A DNA stretch of 64,000 nucleotides, from contig OZ024743.1 in NCBI GenBank assembly GCA_964016885.1, positions 7,564,001 through 7,628,000 on the forward strand, given 5' to 3'. Below, piece by piece: positions 52,301 through 64,000 of the stretch; position 1 is the stretch's first letter; every line of letters begins with the position of its first letter. The notes under the pieces were generated by a model, which worked only from the letters and a program-made list of their open reading frames with translations, was not told where the DNA came from and did not search any database. The position numbers and the translations under genes were made by a program. The DNA is from Eledone cirrhosa. Taxonomy: Eukaryota.

Positions 52301-53685
52301 CATCTAATACTATAATCTACCTCATCTTCAACTATAATCTAACCCATTTAATACTATAATCTACCCCATCTAATACTATAATCTACCTCATCTAATATAT
52401 TCTACCTCATCTAATACTATAATCTACCTCATCTAATATTACAACTACCTTATCTAATACTATAATCTACCCCATCTAATACTATAATCTACCTCATCTA
52501 ATATAATCTATCTCATCTAATACTATAATCTACCTCATCTAATACAATAATGTACATCATCTAATAATATAATCTAACCTATCTGATACTATAATCTACC
52601 ACATCTAATACTATAATCTACCTCATCTAATACTATAATCTACATCATCTAATACTATAATCTACCTCATCTAATACTATAATCTACTTAATCTAATACT
52701 ATAATCTACCACATCTAATACTATAATCTACCTCATCCAATATTATAATCTACCCCAACTAATACTATAATCTACCCCATCTAATAATATAATGTACCTC
52801 ATCTAATATAATCTACCTCATCTAATACTACAATCTACCTCATCTAATACTATAATCTACCTCATCTAATACTATAATCTACCTCATCTAATACTATAAT
52901 CTACTCCATCTAATACTATAATCTACCTCATCTAATAATATAATCTACTCCATCTAATACTATAATCTACCTCATCTAATAATATAATCTACTCCATCTA
53001 ATACTATAAACTACCTCATCTAATACTATAATCTACGCCATCTAATAATATAATCTACCCCATCTAATAATATAATCTACCACAGCTAATACTATAATCT
53101 ACCACATCTAATACTATAATCTACCCCATCTAATACTATAATCTACCCCTCCTACTACTATAATCTAACTCATCTAATACAATAATCTACTTCATGTAAT
53201 ACTATAATCTTCCACATCTAATACTATAATCTACCTCAACTAACAATATAATCTACCCCATCTAATACTATAATCTACCTCATCTAATACTATAATCTAC
53301 CACATCTAATACTATTATCTACCCCATCTAATACTATAATCTACCCCATCTAATACTATAATGTACCTCATCTAATATAATCTACCTCATCAAATACTAT
53401 AATCTACCTCATCTAATATTACAACTACCTTATCTAATACTATAATCTACCCCATCTAATACTATAATCTACCTCATCTAATATAATCTATCAAATCTAA
53501 TACTATAATCTACCTCATCTAATACTATAATGTACATCATGTAATAATATAATCTACCCCATCTGATAATATAATCTACCCCATCTAATACTATAATCTA
53601 CCCCATCTAATACTATAATCTACCACATCTAATACTATAATCTACCTCATCTAATACTATAATCTACCTCATCTAATACTATAAT
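39750..53685. repeat. Near-identical tandem duplication of a 6,963-bp unit made of related 3,170-bp and 3,793-bp sub-blocks
   Basis: In TCAGCACAT the GCAC is at 41791, 44961, 48754 and 51924. CCAATACTCTGAT is at 42648/49611 and TAGTACT at 44002/50965, all +6963. The copies diverge at about 46722/53685. Confidence 0.9.
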
Positions 53686-56600
53686 CTACCTCATCTAATA
53701 CTTAATCTATCTCATCCAATACTATGATCTAACTCATTTAATAATATAATCTATTTCATCTAATACTATAATCTACCTCATCTAATACTATAATCTATCT
53801 CACCCAATACTATATTTTACCTCATCTAATACTATAATCTACCCCATCTAATACTATAATCTACAACATCTAATACTATAATCTACCTCATCTAATACTA
53901 TAATCTACCTCATATAATACTATAATCTACCTCATCTAATACTATAATCTACCTCATCTAATACTACAATTTACCTCAACTAATACTATAGGCTACCCCA
54001 TCTAATACTATAATCTACAACATCTAATACTATAATCTACCTCATCTAATACTATAATCTACCTCAACTAACAATATAATCTACTCCATCTAATAATATA
54101 ATCTACCCCATCTAATACTATAATCTAGCACATCTAATACTATAATCTACCTCATCTAATACTATAATCTACCCCATCTAATACTATAATCTACCTCATC
54201 TAATACTATAATCTACCTCATCTAATACTATAATCTACCCCATCAAATACTATAATCTACCTCATCTAATAGTATAATCTACCCGATCTAATAATATAAT
54301 CTACCTCATCTAATACTATAATCTACCTCATATAATACTATAATCTACCTCATCTAATTCTATAACCTACCTCATCTAATACTAAAATATAACTCATCCA
54401 ATACTATAATCTACTTTATCTAATACTATAATCTACCTCATCTAATACTATAATCTACCTCATCTGATACTATAATCTCCCTCATCTAATACTATAATTT
54501 ACCTCATCTAATACTATAATCTACCTCATCTAATACTATAATCTACCTCAACTAATACTATAATCTCCCTCATCTAATACAATAATTTACCTCATCTAAT
54601 ATTATAATCTACCTCATCTAATACTATAATCTACCCCATCTAATACTATAATCTACCTCATATAATAATATAATCTACCTCATCTAATACTATAATCTAC
54701 CTCATCCAATACTACAATTTACTTCATCTAATACTATAATCTACCCCATCTAATACTATAATCTACAACATCTAATAATATAATCTACCTCATCTAATAC
54801 TATAATCTACCTCATCTAATACTATAATCTACCTCATCTAACAATATAATCTACCCCATCTAATAATATAATTTCCCCCATCTAATACTATGATCTACCT
54901 CATGTAATACTATAATCTACCTCATCTAATACTATAATCTACCTCATCTAATACTATAATCTACCTCATCTAATACTATAATATACCTCATATAATACTA
55001 TAATCTACCTCATCTAATACTATAATCTACCTCATCTAATACTATAATCTATTTCATCTAATACTATAATCTACCTCATCTAATACTATAATCTACCTCA
55101 TCTAATACTATAATCTATTTCATCTAATACTATAATCTACCACATCTAATATTATAATCTACCTCATCTAATACTATAATCTTCCACATCTAATACTATA
55201 ATCTACCTCATCTAATATTATAATCTACCCCATCTAATACTATAATCTACCCCATATAATAATATAATCTACGCCATCTAATACTATAATCTACCCCATC
55301 TAATACTATAATCTACCCCAACTAATACTATAATCTACCTCATCTAATACTATAATCTACCTCATCTAATACTATAATCTACCCCATCAAATACTATAAT
55401 CTACCTCATCTAATACTATAATCTACCCCATCTAATAATATAATCTACCTAATCTAATACTATAATCTACCTCATCTAATACTATAATCTACCTCATCTA
55501 ATACTATAATCTACCTCATCTAATACTATAACCTACCTCATCTAATACTATAATATACCTCATCTAATACTATAATCTACTTCATCTAATACTATAATCT
55601 ACCTCATCTAATACTATAATCTACCTCATCTGATACTATAATCTCCATCTAATACTATAATTTACCTCATCTAATACTATAATCTACCCCAACTAATACT
55701 ATAATCTACCTCATCTAATACTATAATCTACCTCATCTAATACTATAATCTACCCCATCAAATACTATAATCTACCTCATCTAATACTATAATCTACCCC
55801 ATCTAATAATATAATCTACCTAATCTAATACTATAATCTACCTCATCTAATACTATAATCTACCTCATCTAATACTATAATCTACCTCATCTAATACTAT
55901 AACCTACCTCATCTAATACTATAGTATACCTCATCTAATACTATAATCTACTTCATCTAATACTATAATCTACCTCATCTAATACTATAATCTACCTCAT
56001 CTGATACTATAATCTCCATCTAATACTATAATTTACCTCATCTAATACTATAATCTACCTCATCTAATACTATAATCTACCTCATCTAATACTATAATCT
56101 ACCTCATATAATACTATAATCTACCTCATCTAATACTATAATCTACCCCATCTAATACTACAATTTACCTCAACTAATACTATAATCTACCCCATCTAAT
56201 ACTATAATCTACCTCATCTAATACTATAATCGACCTCATCTAATACTATAATCGACCTCATCTAACAGTATAATCTACCCCATCTAATACTATAATCTAC
56301 CTCATCTAATACCATAATCTACTCCTTCTAATACTATAATCTACCCTATCTAATACTATAATGTACTTCATCTAATACTATAATCTACCACATCTAATAT
56401 TATAATCTACCTCATCTAATACTATAATCTACCCCAACTAATACTATAATCTACCCCATCTAATACAATAATCTAGCTCATCTAATACTATAATCTACCT
56501 CATCTAATACTATAATCTACCTCATCTAATACTATAATCTACCTCATATAATACTATAATCTACCTCATCTAATACTATAATCTACCTCATCTAATACTA

Positions 56601-59600
56601 TAATCTACTCCATCTAATAGTATAATCTAACTCATCTAATACTATAATCTACCTCATCTAATACTATAATCTACCTCATCTAATACTATAATCTCCCTCA
56701 TATAATACTATAATCTACCTCATTTAATACTATAATCTACCTCACCCAATACTACATTTTACTTCATCTAATACTATGATCTAACTCATCTAATACTATA
56801 ATCTACCTCATCTAACAATATAATCTAGCCCATCTAATAATATAATCTACCCCATCTAATACTATAATCTACCACATCTAATACTATAATCTACCTCATC
56901 TAATACTATAATCTACCTCATCTAATACTATAATCTACCTCATCTAATACTATAATCTACCTCATCTAATACTATAATCGACCTCATCTAACAGTATAAT
57001 CTACCCCATCTAATACTATAATCTACCCTATCTAATACTATAATGTACTTCATCTAATACTATAATCTACCACATCTAATATTATAATCTACCTCATCTA
57101 ATACTATAATCTACCCCAACTAATACTATAATCTACCCCATCTAATACTATAATCTAGCTCATCTAATACTATAATCTACCTCATCTAATACTATAATCT
57201 ACCTCATCTAATACTATAATCTACCTCATCTAATACTATAATCTACCTCATCTAATAATATAATCTCCCCATCTAATACTATAATCTACCCATATAATAA
57301 TATAATCTACTTCATCTAATACTACAATCTTCCACATCTAATACTATAATCTACCTCATCTAATACTATAATCTACCTCATCTAATACTATAATCTACCT
57401 CATCTAGTATTATAATCTACCCCATCTAATAATATAATCTACATCATCTAATACTATAATCTACCTCACCCAATACTACATTTTACTTCATCTAATACTA
57501 TAATCTACCTCATCTAATACAATAATCTACCTCATCTAATAATATAATCTCCCCATCTAATACTATAATCTACCCATATAATAATATAATCTACTTCATC
57601 TAATACTACAATCTTCCACATCTAATACTATAATCTACCTCATCTAATACTATAATGTACTTCATGTAATATAATCTACCACATCTAATACTATAATCTA
57701 CCTTATCTAATACTATAATCTACCTCATCTAATACTATAATCTACCTCATCTAATACTATAATATACCTCATCTAATACTACCTCATATAATACTATAAT
57801 ATACCTCATCTAATACTATAATCTACCTCATCTAATACTATAATCTACCTCATCTAATACTATAATCTACCTCATCTAATACTATTATCTCCCTCATCTA
57901 ATACTATAATTTACCTCATCTAATACTATAAATTACCTCATCTAACAATATAATCTACACAATCTAATAATATAATGTACTCCATCTAATACTATAATCT
58001 CCCCCATCTAATACTATAATCTACCTCATCTAATACTATAATCTACCTCATCTAATACTATAATCTACCCCAACTAATACTATAATCTACCCCATCTAAT
58101 ACTATAATCTACCTCATCTAATACTATAATCTACCTCATCTAATATTATAATCTACTTCATGTAATACTATAATCTTCCACATCTAATACTATAATCTAC
58201 CTCATCTAATATTATAATCTACCCCATCTAATACTATAATCAACCCCATCTAATACTATAATCTAGCTCATCTAATACTATAATCTACCTCATCTAATAC
58301 TATAATCTACATCATCTAATACTACAATCTTCCACATCTAATACTATAATCTACCTCATCTAATATTATAATCTACCCCATCTAATACTATAATCTACCC
58401 CATATAATAATATAATCTACGCCATCTAATACTATAATCTACCACATCTAATACTATAATCTACCTCATCTAATATTATAATCTACCTCATCTAATATTA
58501 TAATCTACCTCATCTAATACTATAATCTATCTCATCCAATACTATGATCTACCTCATTTAATAATATAATCTACTTTATCTAATACTATAATCTACCTCA
58601 TCTAATACTATAATCTACCTCATCTAATACTATAATCTATGTCATATAATACTATAATCTACCCCATCTAATACTATAATCTACCTCATCTAATACTATA
58701 ATCTACCTCATCTAATACTATAATCTATCTCATCCAATACTATGATCTAACTCATTTAATAATATAATCTATTTCATCTAATACTATAATCTACCTCATC
58801 TAATACTATAATCTATCTCACCCAATACTATATTTTACCTCATCTAATACTATAATCTACCCCATCTAATACTATAATCTACAACATCTAATACTATAAT
58901 CTACCTCATCTAATACTATAATCTACCTCATCTAATACTATAATCTACCTCATCTAATACTATAATCTACCTCATATATTACTATAATCTACCTCATCTA
59001 ATACTATAATCTACCTCATCTAATACTACAATTTACCTCAACTAATACTATAGGCTACCCCATCTAATACTATAATCTACAACATCTAATACTATAATCA
59101 TCCTCATCTAATACTATAATCTACCCCAACTAATACTATAATCTACCCCATCTAATACTATAATCTACCTCATCTAATATATTCTACCTCATCTAATACT
59201 ATAATCTACCTCATCTAATATTACAACTACCTTATCTAATACTATAATCTACCCCATCTAATACTATAATCTACCTCATCTAATATAATCTATCTCATCT
59301 AATACTATAATCTACCTCATCTAATACAATAATGTACATCATCTAATAATATAATCTAACCTATCTGATACTATAATCTACCCCATCTAATACTATAATC
59401 TACCCCATCTAATACTATAAGCTACCTCATGTAATACTATAATCTACCCCATCTAATACTATAATCTACCACATCTAATACTATTATCTACCTCATCTAA
59501 TACTATAATCTACCTCATCTAATACTATAATCTACCTCATCTAATACTATAATCTATCTCATCCAATACTCTGATCTAACTCATTTAATACTATAATCTA

Positions 59601-62600
59601 CAACATCTAATATTATCATCTACCTCATCTAATACTATAATCTACCTCATCTAACAATATAATCTACCCCATCTAATAATATAATATACCCCATATAATA
59701 ATATAATCTACGCCATCTAATACTATAATCTACCACATCTAATACTATAATCTACCTCATCTAATACTATAATCTACATCATCTAATACTATAATCTACC
59801 TCATCTAATACTATAATCTACTTAATCTAATACTATAATCTACCACATCTAATACTATAATCTACCTCATCCAATATTATAATCTACCCCAACTAATACT
59901 ATAATCTACCCCATCTAATAATATAATGTACCTCATCTAATATAATCTACCTCATCTAATACTACAATCTACCTCATCTAATACTATAATCTACCTCATC
60001 TAATACTATAATCTACCTCATCTAATAATATAATCTACCTCATCTAATAATATAATCTACTCCATCTAATACTATAATCTACCCTATCTAATACTATAAA
60101 CTACCTCATCTAATACTATAATCTACGCCATCTAATAATATAATCTACCCCATCTAATAATATAATCTACCACAGCTAATACTATAATCTACCACATCTA
60201 ATACTATAATCTACCCCATCTAATACTATAATCTACCCCTCCTACTACTATAATCTAACTCATCTAATACAATAATCTACTTCATGTAATACTATAATCT
60301 TCCACATCTAATACTATAATCTACCTCAACTAACAATATAATCTACCCCATCTAATACTATAATCTACCTCATCTAATACTATAATCTACCACATCTAAT
60401 ACTATTATCTACCCCATCTAATACTATAATCTACCCCATCTAATACTATAATGTACCTCATCTAATATAATCTACCTCATCAAATACTATAATCTACCTC
60501 ATCTAATATTACAACTACCTTATCTAATACTATAATCTACCCCATCTAATACTATAATCTACCTCATCTAATATAATCTATCAAATCTAATACTATAATC
60601 TACCTCATCTAATACTATAATGTACATCATGTAATAATATAATCTACCCCATCTGATAATATAATCTACCCCATCTAATACTATAATCTACCCCATCTAA
60701 TACTATAATCTACCACATCTAATACTATAATCTACCTCATCTAATACTATAATCTACCTCATCTAATACTATAATCTACCTCATCTAATACTTAATCTAT
60801 CTCATCCAATACTATGATCTAACTCATTTAATAATATAATCTATTTCATCTAATACTATAATCTACCTCATCTAATACTATAATCTATCTCACCCAATAC
60901 TATATTTTACCTCATCTAATACTATAATCTACCCCATCTAATACTATAATCTACAACATCTAATACTATAATCTACCTCATCTAATACTATAATCTACCT
61001 CATATAATACTATAATCTACCTCATCTAATACTATAATCTACCTCATCTAATACTACAATTTACCTCAACTAATACTATAGGCTACCCCATCTAATACTA
61101 TAATCTACAACATCTAATACTATAATCTACCTCATCTAATACTATAATCTACCTCAACTAACAATATAATCTACTCCATCTAATAATATAATCTACCCCA
61201 TCTAATACTATAATCTAGCACATCTAATACTATAATCTACCTCATCTAATACTATAATCTACCCCATCTAATACTATAATCTACCTCATCTAATACTATA
61301 ATCTACCTCATCTAATACTATAATCTACCCCATCAAATACTATAATCTACCTCATCTAATAGTATAATCTACCCGATCTAATAATATAATCTACCTCATC
61401 TAATACTATAATCTACCTCATATAATACTATAATCTACCTCATCCAATACTATAACCTACCTCATCTAATACTAAAATATAACTCATCCAATACTATAAT
61501 CTACTTTATCTAATACTATAATCTACCTCATCTAATACTATAATCTACCTCATCTGATACTATAATCTCCCTCATCTAATACTATAATTTACCTCATCTA
61601 ATACTATAATCTACCTCATCTAATACTATAATCTACCTCAACTAATACTATAATCTCCCTCATCTAATACAATAATTTACCTCATCTAATATTATAATCT
61701 ACCTCATCTAATACTATAATCTACCCCATCTAATACTATAATCTACCTCATATAATAATATAATCTACCTCATCTAATACTATAATCTACCTCATCCAAT
61801 ACTACAATTTACTTCATCTAATACTATAATCTACCCCATCTAATACTATAATCTACAACATCTAATAATATAATCTACCTCATCTAATACTATAATCTAC
61901 CTCATCTAATACTATAATCTACCTCATCTAACAATATAATCTACCCCATCTAATAATATAATTTCCCCCATCTAATACTATGATCTACCTCATGTAATAC
62001 TATAATCTACCTCATCTAATACTATAATCTACCTCATCTAATACTATAATCTACCTCATCTAATACTATAATATACCTCATATAATACTATAATCTACCT
62101 CATCTAATACTATAATCTACCTCATCTAATACTATAATCTATTTCATCTAATACTATAATCTACCTCATCTAATACTATAATCTACCTCATCTAATACTA
62201 TAATCTATTTCATCTAATACTATAATCTACCACATCTAATATTATAATCTACCTCATCTAATACTATAATCTTCCACATCTAATACTATAATCTACCTCA
62301 TCTAATATTATAATCTACCCCATCTAATACTATAATCTACCCCATATAATAATATAATCTACGCCATCTAATACTATAATCTACCCCATCTAATACTATA
62401 ATCTACCCCAACTAATACTATAATCTACCTCATCTAATACTATAATCTACCTCATCTAATACTATAATCTACCCCATCAAATACTATAATCTACCTCATC
62501 TAATACTATAATCTACCCCATCTAATAATATAATCTACCTAATCTAATACTATAATCTACCTCATCTAATACTATAATCTACCTCATCTAATACTATAAT

Positions 62601-63300
62601 CTACCTCATCTAATACTATAACCTACCTCATCTAATACTATAATATACCTCATCTAATACTATAATCTACTTCATCTAATACTATAATCTACCTCATCTA
62701 ATACTATAATCTACCTCATCTGATACTATAATCTCCATCTAATACTATAATTTACCTCATCTAATACTATAATCTACCCCAACTAATACTATAATCTACC
62801 TCATCTAATACTATAATCTACCTCATCTAATACTATAATCTACCCCATCAAATACTATAATCTACCTCATCTAATACTATAATCTACCCCATCTAATAAT
62901 ATAATCTACCTAATCTAATACTATAATCTACCTCATCTAATACTATAATCTACCTCATCTAATACTATAATCTACCTCATCTAATACTATAACCTACCTC
63001 ATCTAATACTATAGTATACCTCATCTAATACTATAATCTACTTCATCTAATACTATAATCTACCTCATCTAATACTATAATCTACCTCATCTGATACTAT
63101 AATCTCCATCTAATACTATAATTTACCTCATCTAATACTATAATCTACCTCATCTAATACTATAATCTACCTCATCTAATACTATAATCTACCTCATATA
63201 ATACTATAATCTACCTCATCTAATACTATAATCTACCCCATCTAATACTACAATTTACCTCAACTAATACTATAATCTACCCCATCTAATACTATAATCT
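52997..63300. repeat. Dispersed near-identical duplication, ~52997-56210 matching ~60087-63300 (offset 7,090 bp)
   Basis: ATACTATAAA at 53001/60091, CACAGCTAAT at 53081/60171, AGTATAATCTACCCGAT at 54271/61361 and ATAGTATACC at 55921/63011 are all +7090. Confidence 0.9.
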
Positions 63301-64000
63301 ACAACATCTAATACCATAATCTACCTCATCTAATACTATAATCGACCTCATCTAACAGTATAATCTACTCCTTCTAATACTATAATCTACCCTATCTAAT
63401 ACTATAATGTACTTCATCTAATACTATAATCTACCACATCTAATATTATAATCTACCTCATCTAATACTATAATCTACCCCAACTAATACTATAATCTAC
63501 CCCATCTAATACAATAATCTAGCTCATCTAATACTATAATCTACCTCATCTAATACTATAATCTACCTCATCTAATACTATAATCTACCTCATATAATAC
63601 TATAATCTACCTCATCTAATACTATAATCTACCTCATCTAATACTATAATCTACCTCATCTAATAATATAATCTCCCCATCTAATACTATAATCTACCCA
63701 TATAATAATATAATCTACTTCATCTAATACTACAATCTTCCACATCTAATACTATAATCTACCTCATCTAATACTATAATCTACCTCATCTAATACTATA
63801 ATCTACCTCATCTAGTATTATAATCTACCCCATCTAATACTATAATCTACCCCATATAATAATATAATCTACATCATCTAATACTATAAGCTACCACATC
63901 TAATACTATAATCTACCTCATCTAATACTATAATCTACCTCATCTAATACTATAATCTACCTCATCTAATACTATAATCTATCTCATCCAATACTATGAT

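Larger units (their letters stand above)
1..64000. repeat. 22-bp tandem satellite array, consensus CATCTAATACTATAATCTACCT, ~2,900 head-to-tail copies, extends past both window edges
   Basis: CTACCTCA recurs at 31 and 53 (22-bp period) and the same monomer continues through every line. No non-repeat sequence or inverted monomer was seen. Confidence 0.99.

Noticed and set aside
1-64000. Protein-coding ORF made of repeats
   Set aside because: Each monomer has two TAA on + and three TAG on -. The 22-bp period shifts frame every copy, so all six frames are closed within a few dozen bases.
1-64000. CRISPR array (constant repeat plus variable spacer)
   Set aside because: The variable part is only ~3 nt and reuses a few states. 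There are no unique 25-45 nt spacers, leader or cas genes.
1-64000. Bacterial sigma70 -10 box TATAAT in every monomer
   Set aside because: It is an exact hexamer match, but there is no -35 element, no TG extension in the consensus and no downstream gene. It is expected by chance in an AT-rich satellite.
1-64000. Plasmid iterons (often ~22 bp)
   Set aside because: Iteron clusters have a handful of copies next to a rep gene and origin. Thousands of copies with no gene do not fit.
1-64000. Bisulfite-converted or synthetic data-storage DNA explaining the three-letter strand
   Set aside because: Rare G variants are inherited within duplicated blocks in non-CpG contexts, and the nested duplication pattern looks like natural satellite evolution.
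1-64000. Rolling-circle or sequencing concatemer artefact of one small template
   Set aside because: Variants are shared in ordered, hierarchically nested blocks of different lengths rather than being random errors on one fixed period, except in the 38.7-40.3 kb patch.
1-64000. G-quadruplex or i-motif forming array
   Set aside because: The consensus has only one GG per 22 bp on the minus strand. GGGG occurs only in the CCC variant, separated by 18-nt loops, so support is weak.
1-64000. Assignment to a known repeat (Plasmodium rep20, yeast telomeric repeats, named animal or plant satellites) or to a taxon
   Set aside because: The monomer does not match any consensus I can recall with confidence. 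A database search is needed.

Overview
The whole 64 kb window is one uninterrupted head-to-tail satellite array of a 22-bp monomer, consensus CATCTAATACTATAATCTACCT (reverse complement AGGTAGATTATAGTATTAGATG). It has about 2,900 copies (64,000/22), all in the same orientation, and runs off both ends of the window. I saw no unique sequence, protein-coding gene, RNA gene, transposon insertion or CRISPR array. The consensus is 8 A, 8 T, 6 C and 0 G (27% GC), so the + strand is almost G-free. The informative structure lies in the monomer variants. Variation concentrates in a 3-nt slot after TCTA. Rare variants recur in fixed order and reveal nested higher-order duplications, with offsets I measured by hand of 110, 371, 594, 769/791, 1386, 3170/3793, 4258/3663/5250/6020, 6963 and 7090 bp. 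The variant repertoire shifts between the left and right halves. A ~1.6 kb indel-rich patch at ~38.7-40.3 kb looks like a low-quality assembly junction. The array most resembles eukaryotic heterochromatic (centromeric, pericentromeric or subtelomeric) satellite, but organism and function cannot be determined from this sequence. I found no evidence of a novel gene-encoded system.
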